DNA of 36,717 nt, taken from the sequence record NC_000929.1; one strand, given 5' to 3'. The stretch is from Escherichia phage Mu. A model generated the notes under the pieces. The model was given only the letters and a program-made list of their open reading frames with translations. It was not told the origin of the DNA and made no database searches. Positions 1 through 9,176 of the stretch are shown piece after piece (position 1 is the first letter of the stretch; the number at the start of each line of letters is the position of its first letter). The position numbers and the translations under genes are program-made.

Positions 1-5
1 TGTAT

Positions 6-172
6 TGATTCACTTGAAGTACGAAAAAAACCGGGAGGACATTGGATTATTCGGGATCTGATGGGATTAGATTTGGTGGGGCTTGCAAGCCTGTAGTGCA
101 AATTTTAGTCGTTAATCAATGAAACGCGAAAGATAGTAAAAAATTGCTTTTGTTTCATTGAAAATACGAAAA
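6..172 (+). repeat. Left-end transposase binding sites L1 (6-27), L2 (111-132), L3 (151-172)
   Basis: Three direct copies of a ~22-bp motif ending in CGAAA(A/G): tgattcacttgaagtacgaaaa, gttaatcaatgaaacgcgaaag, tgtttcattgaaaatacgaaaa. Matches the known MuA end-site layout. Confidence 0.85.
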
Positions 173-338
173 ACAAAAACACTGCAAATCATTTCAATAA
201 CAGCTTCAAAAAACGTTCAAAACCGATAACAACCAAGCTGTCACCAAATGACTCATATCACAAATCAGCTTATGCCGTTTAGGTATGTTACATGTGTGAT
301 TATGTGAGGTGAAGTATGTTTTAGCTGGTTCATGGTTG

Positions 339-929
339 TTATACGGCTTTTTTTACCTCCTGTGGTTCCTGTGAAGGTACTACAACACTTTCCTGTTCAT
401 GAATCCCATACTTTGACAAAATCTCTTTGCGTTTTTCTTCAGGTAATGCATCTAGCATCATCAACGTCTGAATACTTTGCTGTGAAAATCCTATAAAGCT
501 GTAAAGTTTCTGTTCATTAAATACAAGAGGCATTAACGCCAACAACCCCCCTTTACTTAAAAGTTTCAGTGCCTTGCGTGCTTCATCTGGTTCCAGCTCT
601 TCAATCATATTGATTAAGGTTGTGGTTAATTTGTTTATCAGTTCCGAAGAATCCTGTTTCTCATTGGCTTGAGCACCAGTATCCGGTGTGGATAACCCCA
701 AGTGCGCAATAACTTGCTCTCGTTCTTTGGTGGGCATCGACATCACATCGTATTCAACAGCTTTCCCCCCCTTGACACCTTCCTTTTTTTGCTTCGTCCA
801 GCCTTGAACATTTGCTCGATAGTGAACACCAGCAACAGATCCAGGCATACCATCAGCAGCCATAATTTCTTGCGGCGAACACCAAATTGACTTTTCAGTA
901 TTATTCTTTTCTATAAAGTTACTTTTCAA
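339..929 (-). CDS. c: Repressor c (lysogeny repressor, 196 aa)
   Basis: 196-aa ORF beginning MKSNFIEKNNTEKSIW, divergent from ner across the operator region; I recognise it as the Mu repressor. The start codon as read here is TTG. Confidence 0.9.
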   Translation of the reverse strand: MKSNFIEKNNTEKSIWCSPQEIMAADGMPGSVAGVHYRANVQGWTKQKKEGVKGGKAVEYDVMSMPTKEREQVIAHLGLSTPDTGAQANEKQDSSELINKLTTTLINMIEELEPDEARKALKLLSKGGLLALMPLVFNEQKLYSFIGFSQQSIQTLMMLDALPEEKRKEILSKYGIHEQESVVVPSQEPQEVKKAV

Positions 930-1098
930 AATTTAAACTCCTTATTTATCAACGCGTTAATCAGTAATCAAAGGAATTTACCAAAAAGCAGCTTTACAAA
1001 AAGCTTTTCAGTAATTATCTTTTTAGTAAGCTAGCTAAGTTTTTACACTTAGTTAAATTGCTAACTTTATAGATTACAAAACTTAGGAGGGTTTTTAA
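930..1098. promoter_or_regulatory. Early operator/promoter region (Pe rightward, Pc leftward, operators O1-O3, IHF site, transposition enhancer)
   Basis: 169-bp AT-rich divergent intergenic region between c and ner, ending in the AGGAGG ribosome-binding site of ner. The functional assignment is from established Mu biology; individual operator boundaries were not resolved by eye. Confidence 0.7.
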
Positions 1099-1326
1099 AT
1101 GTGTTCCAACGAAAAGGCCCGTGATTGGCATCGTGCGGATGTGATTGCGGGACTTAAGAAAAGAAAGCTCTCTTTATCAGCTCTTTCCCGGCAGTTTGGT
1201 TATGCGCCAACTACATTAGCTAATGCGCTAGAACGACACTGGCCAAAGGGTGAGCAGATTATTGCTAACGCCTTAGAAACTAAACCGGAAGTAATCTGGC
1301 CTAGCCGATATCAAGCAGGTGAATAA
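1099..1326 (+). CDS. ner: Ner, small DNA-binding negative regulator of early transcription (75 aa)
   Basis: 75-aa ORF ([25 protein letters not shown]...) immediately downstream of the operator region with an AGGAGG RBS; recognised as Mu Ner. Confidence 0.92.
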
Positions 1327-1327
1327 C

Positions 1328-3319
1328 ATGGAACTTTGGGTATCACCGAAAGAGTGTGCGAATCTTCCTGGTTTGCCGAAAACATCGGCTGGTGTGATTT
1401 ATGTTGCTAAAAAGCAAGGATGGCAAAACCGCACTAGAGCAGGTGTCAAAGGTGGTAAAGCAATTGAATACAATGCGAACTCTTTACCTGTTGAAGCGAA
1501 AGCGGCGTTATTGCTGAGACAAGGAGAGATTGAAACAAGCCTGGGGTATTTTGAAATCGCCCGCCCCACGCTGGAAGCCCATGATTATGATCGTGAGGCA
1601 CTGTGGAGCAAATGGGATAACGCCAGCGATTCCCAGCGCAGACTTGCTGAAAAATGGTTGCCTGCGGTTCAGGCTGCAGACGAAATGCTGAACCAGGGGA
1701 TTTCAACGAAAACGGCTTTTGCGACCGTTGCAGGGCATTACCAGGTCAGCGCATCCACTTTGCGGGACAAGTATTACCAGGTACAGAAGTTTGCGAAGCC
1801 TGACTGGGCGGCTGCACTTGTTGATGGACGTGGAGCATCCCGTCGCAATGTTCACAAAAGTGAATTTGACGAGGATGCCTGGCAGTTTCTGATTGCAGAT
1901 TATCTGCGACCGGAAAAACCCGCTTTCCGCAAATGTTATGAGCGTCTGGAACTGGCAGCCCGCGAGCATGGCTGGAGTATTCCCTCCCGTGCCACGGCCT
2001 TTCGCCGGATTCAGCAACTGGACGAGGCAATGGTTGTTGCCTGTCGTGAAGGTGAACATGCACTGATGCATCTGATACCGGCACAGCAGCGAACTGTGGA
2101 ACACCTGGACGCCATGCAGTGGATCAACGGCGACGGTTATCTGCATAACGTCTTTGTACGCTGGTTTAACGGTGATGTGATCCGTCCGAAAACATGGTTC
2201 TGGCAGGATGTGAAAACCCGAAAAATTCTGGGCTGGCGCTGCGATGTGAGCGAGAACATTGATTCAATTCGCCTCTCGTTCATGGATGTTGTGACTCGCT
2301 ACGGTATCCCGGAGGATTTTCACATCACCATTGATAACACCCGTGGTGCTGCGAATAAATGGCTGACGGGAGGCGCGCCCAATCGCTACCGCTTTAAGGT
2401 AAAAGAGGACGATCCAAAAGGACTGTTTTTACTGATGGGGGCGAAAATGCACTGGACAAGCGTTGTTGCCGGTAAAGGCTGGGGCCAGGCAAAACCTGTT
2501 GAACGTGCTTTCGGTGTTGGTGGGCTTGAGGAATACGTTGATAAGCATCCGGCACTGGCTGGCGCATATACGGGGCCAAATCCGCAGGCAAAACCTGATA
2601 ACTATGGCGACCGCGCTGTTGATGCAGAGCTGTTTCTGAAAACCCTTGCCGAAGGTGTGGCGATGTTCAATGCCAGAACAGGCCGTGAAACAGAAATGTG
2701 CGGGGGCAAACTCTCGTTTGATGATGTTTTCGAGCGTGAATACGCCAGAACGATTGTGCGTAAGCCAACCGAAGAACAAAAACGGATGCTGTTACTGCCT
2801 GCCGAGGCGGTGAACGTTTCACGCAAAGGCGAGTTTACGCTTAAAGTTGGCGGCTCCCTTAAAGGCGCGAAAAACGTTTATTACAACATGGCATTAATGA
2901 ATGCCGGCGTGAAAAAAGTTGTGGTCAGGTTTGATCCGCAGCAGCTACACAGCACGGTTTATTGCTACACCCTGGACGGTCGGTTTATCTGTGAAGCGGA
3001 ATGTCTGGCACCTGTTGCATTTAATGATGCTGCGGCAGGCCGTGAATATCGCCGCCGCCAGAAACAACTGAAATCTGCGACGAAAGCAGCCATTAAGGCG
3101 CAGAAACAAATGGACGCGCTGGAAGTTGCTGAACTGCTGCCGCAGATAGCCGAACCAGCAGCACCAGAATCACGAATTGTTGGTATTTTCCGGCCTTCCG
3201 GTAATACGGAACGGGTGAAGAATCAGGAGCGTGATGATGAATACGAAACTGAGCGTGATGAATATCTGAATCATTCGCTGGATATTCTGGAACAGAACAG
3301 ACGTAAAAAAGCCATTTAA
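1328..3319 (+). CDS. A: Transposase MuA (DDE transposase, 663 aa)
   Basis: ATG at 1328 gives 663 aa beginning [18 protein letters not shown]; the ORF-track start at 1319 is a GTG just upstream. Size and sequence match MuA. Confidence 0.95.
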
Positions 3320-3357
3320 TTAACGTTTAAACAAAATTTAATTACGAGGTTATTCAG

Positions 3358-4296
3358 ATGAATATTTCCGATATTCGCGCAGGACTGCGCACGCTTGTAG
3401 AAAATGAAGAAACCACCTTTAAACAAATTGCTCTTGAGAGCGGGCTTTCTACCGGAACTATCAGTAGTTTTATCAATGATAAGTACAACGGGGATAACGA
3501 GCGTGTTTCACAAATGCTGCAACGCTGGCTGGAAAAATATCATGCAGTGGCAGAACTACCTGAACCGCCCCGCTTTGTGGAAACGCAGACGGTAAAACAA
3601 ATCTGGACAAGTATGCGTTTTGCCAGCCTGACTGAAAGTATTGCTGTTGTATGTGGCAATCCTGGTGTGGGCAAAACCGAAGCGGCCCGTGAATATCGCC
3701 GCACCAATAACAATGTCTGGATGATCACCATTACGCCATCCTGTGCCAGCGTTCTGGAATGTCTTACTGAACTGGCGTTTGAGCTGGGAATGAATGACGC
3801 ACCACGCCGTAAAGGGCCGCTCTCCCGCGCCCTGCGACGTCGCCTTGAAGGTACACAGGGGCTGGTTATCATCGACGAAGCTGATCATCTTGGTGCCGAA
3901 GTTCTGGAAGAACTCCGCCTGTTACAGGAATCAACCCGTATTGGCCTTGTGCTGATGGGAAATCACCGGGTTTATTCAAATATGACGGGGGGTAACAGAA
4001 CGGTTGAATTTGCCCGTCTGTTTTCCCGTATTGCAAAGCGCACTGCAATTAATAAAACCAAAAAAGCCGATGTAAAAGCTATTGCGGATGCCTGGCAGAT
4101 TAACGGCGAAAAAGAACTGGAGTTATTACAGCAGATTGCGCAGAAACCAGGTGCGCTTCGCATTCTGAATCATTCACTTCGCCTTGCAGCCATGACGGCT
4201 CACGGTAAAGGTGAGCGTGTTAACGAAGATTATCTGCGTCAGGCTTTCCGTGAATTAGACCTGGACGTTGATATTTCAACGCTGCTGCGTAATTAA
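3358..4296 (+). CDS. B: MuB, ATP-dependent target DNA activator (312 aa)
   Basis: 312-aa ORF with a Walker A motif (GNPGVGKTEA) and Walker B-like IIDEADHL; follows A as in Mu. Confidence 0.95.
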   Translation: MNISDIRAGLRTLVENEETTFKQIALESGLSTGTISSFINDKYNGDNERVSQMLQRWLEKYHAVAELPEPPRFVETQTVKQIWTSMRFASLTESIAVVCGNPGVGKTEAAREYRRTNNNVWMITITPSCASVLECLTELAFELGMNDAPRRKGPLSRALRRRLEGTQGLVIIDEADHLGAEVLEELRLLQESTRIGLVLMGNHRVYSNMTGGNRTVEFARLFSRIAKRTAINKTKKADVKAIADAWQINGEKELELLQQIAQKPGALRILNHSLRLAAMTAHGKGERVNEDYLRQAFRELDLDVDISTLLRN

Positions 4297-4311
4297 GAAG
4301 GAGAAGAAATT

Positions 4312-4539
4312 ATGATGGCCCGAAATATAAAAATGGCAACGGATGCGCAGAACTGGTTACAGGCGCGCGGGAGTCATGTAAATGAATCATATCTCGGCGT
4401 GGCGCGTCCGATTCTTGAAATCACTTACCCACCGGTGGAACTGGTAAAAAACGCGGTCAGAATTATGGAGCATAAGTCCGGGGTGGCCCGTTCTGTATGG
4501 ACGGCCCGTCTTAATGGTTGCCAGATTATCTGGAGATAA
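4312..4539 (+). CDS. kil: Small early protein, probably Kil (host-killing/cell-division inhibitor)
   Basis: 75-aa ORF directly after B with an AAGGAG RBS; position and size fit Mu kil (~74 aa). Naming rests on position and size only. Confidence 0.6.
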
Positions 4540-4541
4540 CG

Positions 4542-4772
4542 ATGTGTATTAAAGCTGAAAAATATATTGAATGGGTTAAACACTGTCAGTGCCACGGGGT
4601 GCCGCTGACGACATATAAATGCCCCGGATGTGGTGAACAGATTATGACGCAATGCTCACCCGAAAAGGAAATTCGGGATTCCCTGACATGTTGTCCGTGG
4701 TGCAGCGCAGTTTTCTTTAAACAGGTAAAAGGCGCGAAGGTAAAAGCCAGCGCGGTTATTCAGAATCAATAA
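4542..4772 (+). CDS. Early small Cys-rich protein (putative zinc-ribbon), function unknown
   Basis: ATG at 4542 follows the kil stop (TAA 4537-4539) with a GGAGA RBS; the product contains C-x-C ... CPGC ... CC-x2-C. The ORF-track start at 4518 overlaps kil and is less likely. Confidence 0.65.
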   Translation: MCIKAEKYIEWVKHCQCHGVPLTTYKCPGCGEQIMTQCSPEKEIRDSLTCCPWCSAVFFKQVKGAKVKASAVIQNQ

Positions 4773-4783
4773 GGTGAAACAAA

Positions 4784-5047
4784 ATGGCAAAAGTAATTAT
4801 TGAAATTAAAAATACAGTATCTGGAATTAAAGGACGGAATTTGCGCACCAGCATTGCGGTGGACGGTAGTGCGGAACTGGACGGTGATGAGGGTACACTT
4901 GCTGGCATGGTGGCGTTACTGGTGCTTAATAAAAGCCAGAAAATAATTAATGAGTCAGCCCATGAAGCTATTGAGATTTTGAAAAACGATGGTGTCATCA
5001 CCAGTGGTCGTGTCACTGAAATGGCTGTTGAAAAAACATGTCACTGA
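4784..5047 (+). CDS. Early hypothetical protein (87 aa)
   Basis: ORF with an AAGGTGA RBS, tightly packed in the early operon; no recognisable domain. Confidence 0.6.
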   Translation: MAKVIIEIKNTVSGIKGRNLRTSIAVDGSAELDGDEGTLAGMVALLVLNKSQKIINESAHEAIEILKNDGVITSGRVTEMAVEKTCH

Positions 5048-5061
5048 AAGGAACGCTGACA

Positions 5062-5481
5062 ATGAATGTCAAAATCCGAAATGAAATTCAGGCATTAATC
5101 CGAATTCAGGAACGCAATAACAACGGTGGTGAATTACGCGAGTTTATTTGTGCGCGTGAAGTTGATGGCTATGGTGAAAAAACTTACCTGATTACTTTCG
5201 ACCATTACAGCATCTGTGCGCGTTATTGCGGCGAAAGCATATCCCGCGCCATTGCGTCTGGCGATGCGTTTAACGTGGATTTATGGGAGTACGTCATGGA
5301 CCGGGAATACATCTGCGCATCAGACCCTGAAGCCCGTGAAATGTGGCAGCGTATCTGGCGCGATTACCGGTTAATGGCAAAAGGCTGGGCGCGCTGCTGT
5401 TATTCCTCGCTTGCCCTGAAAGCGGTTCAGTTATCGCTGCGGCATATTCCGGCATCACTGCGCGAGCCTCTGCTGTACTGA
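5062..5481 (+). CDS. Early hypothetical protein (139 aa; alternative start 5038)
   Basis: In-frame ATG at 5062 preceded by AAGGAAC; the ORF-track start at 5038 overlaps the previous gene. Confidence 0.6.
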   Translation: MNVKIRNEIQALIRIQERNNNGGELREFICAREVDGYGEKTYLITFDHYSICARYCGESISRAIASGDAFNVDLWEYVMDREYICASDPEAREMWQRIWRDYRLMAKGWARCCYSSLALKAVQLSLRHIPASLREPLLY

Positions 5482-5493
5482 ATGGTGACTGAC

Positions 5494-5781
5494 ATGAAGT
5501 GTAATCGTAAGCGCTGGTCACGCGAAGACCGGGAATTTATCGAAGCCAACGTCGGGAAAATGACCGTTGAAGAAATGGCGGAAAAACTGAAAGTCGCCAC
5601 AACCGCCCTCCGGGCACATGCCAGAAGGCACGGAATATCATTGTGTGTATACCGAATCAGTGAACACGACAAATATTTATGTCGTGAACTTTATAAAGAA
5701 GGACTGGATATTCATGTTATTGCCCGAAAGATGGAATTAAGCAATCGAGCTGTATCCAGCATTGTATACAGCGGATATTAA
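5494..5781 (+). CDS. Early hypothetical protein with a helix-turn-helix-like segment (95 aa; alternative start 5482)
   Basis: ATG at 5494 preceded by GGTGA; the product contains MTVEEMAEKLKVATTALRAHARRHG, which looks HTH-like. Confidence 0.55.
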   Translation: MKCNRKRWSREDREFIEANVGKMTVEEMAEKLKVATTALRAHARRHGISLCVYRISEHDKYLCRELYKEGLDIHVIARKMELSNRAVSSIVYSGY

Positions 5782-5800
5782 TTAACAGGAGCTTTAATTT

Positions 5801-6325
5801 ATGGCTAAACCAGCAAAACGTATCAAGAGTGCCGCAGCGGCTTATGTGCCACAAAACCGCGATGCGGTGATTACCGATATTAAACGCATCGGGGATTTAC
5901 AGCGCGAAGCATCACGTCTGGAAACGGAAATGAATGATGCCATCGCGGAAATTACGGAGAAATTTGCGGCCCGGATTGCACCGATTAAAACCGATATTGA
6001 AACCCTTTCAAAAGGCGTTCAGGGATGGTGTGAAGCGAACCGCGACGAACTGACGAACGGCGGCAAAGTGAAGACGGCGAATCTTGTCACCGGTGATGTA
6101 TCGTGGCGGGTCCGTCCACCATCAGTAAGTATTCGTGGTATGGATGCAGTGATGGAAACGCTGGAGCGTCTTGGCCTGCAACGCTTTATTCGCACGAAGC
6201 AGGAAATCAACAAGGAAGCGATTTTACTGGAACCGAAAGCGGTCGCAGGCGTTGCCGGAATTACAGTTAAATCAGGCATTGAGGATTTTTCTATTATTCC
6301 ATTTGAACAGGAAGCCGGTATTTAA
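5801..6325 (+). CDS. gam: Gam, Ku-like DNA-end binding protein protecting linear DNA from host nuclease (174 aa)
   Basis: 174-aa ORF (MAKPAKRIKSAAAAYVPQNRDAVITDIKRIGD...) with an AGGAG RBS; recognised as Mu Gam. Confidence 0.9.
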   Translation: MAKPAKRIKSAAAAYVPQNRDAVITDIKRIGDLQREASRLETEMNDAIAEITEKFAARIAPIKTDIETLSKGVQGWCEANRDELTNGGKVKTANLVTGDVSWRVRPPSVSIRGMDAVMETLERLGLQRFIRTKQEINKEAILLEPKAVAGVAGITVKSGIEDFSIIPFEQEAGI

Positions 6326-6423
6326 TACCACCATTAATATTTAATTAATTCACATTCTTTTAATTATGGCGCGATACGTCAGGAGATTGCTCGCGCCTGA
6401 AACAGATTACTGAGGAATAAAAC

Positions 6424-6954
6424 ATGGTTGATGCAAAAATTCTGAATGGTGTCAGCACATTATTACGGGCTTACGGACGCCTGACCTGCGGAGTTCTGGC
6501 TGAAAAAATGAATATGCTGCCCTCGTCAATGGTGTATTTCCTGCGTGATGCGGTTGATGCCGGAGTGCTCACCGAATGCAACGGATTTTATGACGTTCCG
6601 CGCCCGCGTCCGACGCCGCCTGTAAGACGAAACGCAACTGAGCAGCCTGCTGTTGATGATGCGGTGTGGTGCAACTGGCGTCGCTCATTACCCTGGGTGG
6701 AAGGTAATACCATCCCCGCGCTGGCAAAAGAGTTTGCGACGGGCGTGCTGACCTGTGAGTCAGTCCACATTGTTGCTGAGGTGGATAACAGAATGTGCGA
6801 ACAGGGAATGCCCCGTTTTGTGATGGCTTATATCGATATCCGGCTGGGGCGTTTTATTTGCAGTTCAAGCGTCTGGAATATCACCGACCATGTACTGCGT
6901 TATCTCATTCTTGATTGTTCTCCGGCTCCCGCAGCGGTGCAGGAGGTGGCGTGA
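6424..6954 (+). CDS. Early hypothetical protein (176 aa), possible winged-helix N-terminus
   Basis: ORF with a GAGGA RBS; the N-terminus resembles a small DNA-binding fold; function unknown. Confidence 0.6.
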   Translation: MVDAKILNGVSTLLRAYGRLTCGVLAEKMNMLPSSMVYFLRDAVDAGVLTECNGFYDVPRPRPTPPVRRNATEQPAVDDAVWCNWRRSLPWVEGNTIPALAKEFATGVLTCESVHIVAEVDNRMCEQGMPRFVMAYIDIRLGRFICSSSVWNITDHVLRYLILDCSPAPAAVQEVA

Positions 6955-7484
6955 TGTTTTTTAAAACGTCAAATCCCGCAGCACTGCTGGCGTGGGACCA
7001 GTTTATGGCGGACTGTCTGAAACTACGCGAAGAAGCCCGCCATCTTGATAAGGTTCTGGGTTGTGGTTGCCGGTCAGTATTCAGCACAAGTATTGGTGGG
7101 CGTTATTTTCATGGTGTGAACTTTCCGGGGAATGAGCGCCCTTTCTCGCGGGAGCTGTGGACCGTACAACGGCCCGCATCAGGTAACAGTTGCAGGCCCA
7201 GAACTTCGCGGATACCTGCTCATCTCAGGGAGCAGGCAAGAGAGCTGGCGAAAATATGGCAGGAGAATATTCCGGTCACTTACGCCCGCACAGACGCTCT
7301 TTTACCCGCACTGGGACTGGATTTCAGCGCAACAATATTCGGGCCGCTCCAGTGGTTCCGTGTTGGTGATGTGATTTACGTCATGACGGGGATGACACCC
7401 GCGCAAGGCCGCATGACTGAAATCCTTTCTGACGAATTTATCCGGGCGCAAAAACAGGCGGAGGTAAACAATGGAAAACAATAA
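6954..7484 (+). CDS. Early hypothetical protein (176 aa)
   Basis: ATG at 6954 overlaps the previous stop (TGATG) and is preceded by AGGAGGTGG; the ORF-track start at 6915 is upstream in the same frame. Confidence 0.65.
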   Translation: MFFKTSNPAALLAWDQFMADCLKLREEARHLDKVLGCGCRSVFSTSIGGRYFHGVNFPGNERPFSRELWTVQRPASGNSCRPRTSRIPAHLREQARELAKIWQENIPVTYARTDALLPALGLDFSATIFGPLQWFRVGDVIYVMTGMTPAQGRMTEILSDEFIRAQKQAEVNNGKQ

Positions 7485-7653
7485 AACATCGTATTCGTGG
7501 CTGGGGAAATTCACCACGGTGAAACAGGAATGCCCGACCTGCGGTAATGAATCCCCTGAATATCTGAAAGAGTGCCCTCATTGTGGCGGGCTGAAATGCA
7601 ACCACTGCGATATGGGCGATGACACAGCGTGCATGAATTGTGAAGGTGAATAA
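7471..7653 (+). CDS. Early small Cys-rich protein (60 aa, putative zinc ribbon)
   Basis: GGAGGT RBS; product has CPTCG ... CPHCG ... C-x2-C ... C-x2-C, i.e. four CxxC pairs. Confidence 0.65.
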   Translation: MENNKTSYSWLGKFTTVKQECPTCGNESPEYLKECPHCGGLKCNHCDMGDDTACMNCEGE

Positions 7654-7654
7654 T

Positions 7655-7957
7655 ATGAATAATGAAACTAAATTTACTCCCCTTAATATTGATAACGTCA
7701 TGGCTGAAAAAGGGATGCTGGAACGTGTTCGCGCTATCGTTGAATATGGTATTAAGCATAATCTCACCGCCAGAGAAGTCCGTGACATTATCAACCGCGA
7801 AATGAATCGTCTGGAAACAGTAGTGGCACTGCAAAATGAAACAGCCCGCGAGGAGTACATCCGCCGCAGGCTGGGGCTATCAGACCAGGATATTGTTACT
7901 GACGCTCATGTGTTTGAGGCTTTTGAGATCCGTCAGCATCTGGGTCTAACGAACTGA
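7655..7957 (+). CDS. Early hypothetical protein (100 aa)
   Basis: ATG at 7655 immediately after the previous stop (TAA 7651-7653) with a GAAGGTGAA RBS; the ORF-track start at 7640 is a GTG. Confidence 0.6.
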   Translation: MNNETKFTPLNIDNVMAEKGMLERVRAIVEYGIKHNLTAREVRDIINREMNRLETVVALQNETAREEYIRRRLGLSDQDIVTDAHVFEAFEIRQHLGLTN

Positions 7958-8162
7958 TAATGTCTTCCATGATCTTTGACAGTTGCAGTTTTTCGCGGCG
8001 GCTTGTTCTCATTGCAGGCGCATCTTTTAAAATCTCTGCTGAAGAGCTGAAAATGGCTTTGCCCTCTTCTGCGGTGATGATCGCCTTCTTCACCAGAAGG
8101 CGCACCAGTGCTGATGCAATCGCATAACCTGCAACATCATAAGGTTGTACATTATTTTCCAT
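7896..8162 (-). CDS. Candidate antisense small ORF (88 aa), status uncertain
   Basis: Minus-strand ATG at 8162 is preceded on that strand by AGAGG with ~5-nt spacing. About 68 codons lie in the otherwise ORF-free 275-bp gap between the last early ORF and gemA; the 3' end overlaps the plus-strand gene. I do not recall an annotated gene here. Confidence 0.25.
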   Translation of the reverse strand: MENNVQPYDVAGYAIASALVRLLVKKAIITAEEGKAIFSSSAEILKDAPAMRTSRREKLQLSKIMEDIISSLDPDADGSQKPQTHERQ

Positions 8163-8232
8163 AAAATCCTCTCTGATTGATGTGTAAATTCAGGCGGTGT
8201 TGCAGCACCGCCCCCTTTCCGGAGGTACGATC

Positions 8233-8784
8233 ATGAGTCGCACATCCCTGATTAAATTAATCCATGTCGCCCGTCGGGAGCTACAACTCGACGACGACAC
8301 TTACCGCGCTTTTCTGATGCAGAAAACGGGCAAAATCAGTTGCCGCGAGCTGACGGTCACGCAACTGGAACAGGTGCTCGGTGCCATGAAAGAACGCGGC
8401 TTTAAGAAGCAGAATAAATACCCCCGTCGCCGCTTTAAGGGGCATGTCACGCCCCGTGAGAAGGTGTATAAAATCTGGCAGCAGATGGCAGAAGACGGTT
8501 TTATTACCGATGGCGGTGATGTGGCGCTGGATAAATATGTTCAGCGCCTGACCGCGAAACGCAACGGCGGACAGGGCGTTTCCACACTGGCGTGGTGTCA
8601 TGGCGACACGCTGCTGACAGTCCTCGAAACACTCAAGCAGTGGCACATCCGCTGTATTCGTGAAGCCTTTTCCCGTCACGGGCTTCCATTGCCGGTCAGT
8701 CCGTCCGGTCGTGAACTGCGCGGCTATGATGCCATGACGGCGGCTTATGCCCATGCCAGAAAGACACGGAGGATGGCACAATGA
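8233..8784 (+). CDS. gemA: GemA, early host-modulating protein (183 aa)
   Basis: ATG at 8233 preceded by GGAGG; product MSRTSLIKLIHVARRELQLDDDTYRAFLMQKTG...; position just upstream of mor as in Mu. The ORF-track start at 8197 is a GTG inside a hairpin. Confidence 0.8.
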   Translation: MSRTSLIKLIHVARRELQLDDDTYRAFLMQKTGKISCRELTVTQLEQVLGAMKERGFKKQNKYPRRRFKGHVTPREKVYKIWQQMAEDGFITDGGDVALDKYVQRLTAKRNGGQGVSTLAWCHGDTLLTVLETLKQWHIRCIREAFSRHGLPLPVSPSGRELRGYDAMTAAYAHARKTRRMAQ

Positions 8785-9170
8785 CGGAAGATTTATTTGG
8801 TGATTTGCAGGATGACACCATCCTGGCACATCTTGACAATCCCGCCGAGGATACGTCACGCTTTCCGGCACTGCTGGCGGAGCTGAACGATTTACTGCGC
8901 GGGGAATTGTCCCGGCTGGGTGTTGATCCTGCCCATTCACTGGAGATTGTTGTGGCTATCTGTAAGCATCTGGGCGGCGGTCAGGTCTACATTCCACGCG
9001 GTCAGGCTCTGGACTCGCTGATTCGGGATTTGCGTATCTGGAATGATTTTAACGGTCGCAACGTCAGCGAACTGACCACCCGTTATGGTGTCACTTTCAA
9101 TACGGTGTACAAAGCCATTCGCCGGATGCGACGGCTGAAATACCGCCAGTACCAGCCCTCACTTCTGTAA
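8781..9170 (+). CDS. mor: Mor, activator of the middle promoter (129 aa)
   Basis: 129-aa ORF overlapping the gemA stop; clear paralog of C at 9963 (shared ...GG-Q-YIP-G ... FNGRN--EL ... Y ... IY-I). Confidence 0.9.
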   Translation: MTEDLFGDLQDDTILAHLDNPAEDTSRFPALLAELNDLLRGELSRLGVDPAHSLEIVVAICKHLGGGQVYIPRGQALDSLIRDLRIWNDFNGRNVSELTTRYGVTFNTVYKAIRRMRRLKYRQYQPSLL

Positions 9171-9176
9171 ACAGTA

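Noticed and set aside
702-890. 62-aa plus-strand ORF
   Set aside because: Lies entirely inside, and antisense to, the repressor gene; no RBS.
3404-3595. 63-aa plus-strand ORF in an alternative frame
   Set aside because: Embedded within the MuB coding sequence in another frame; no support.
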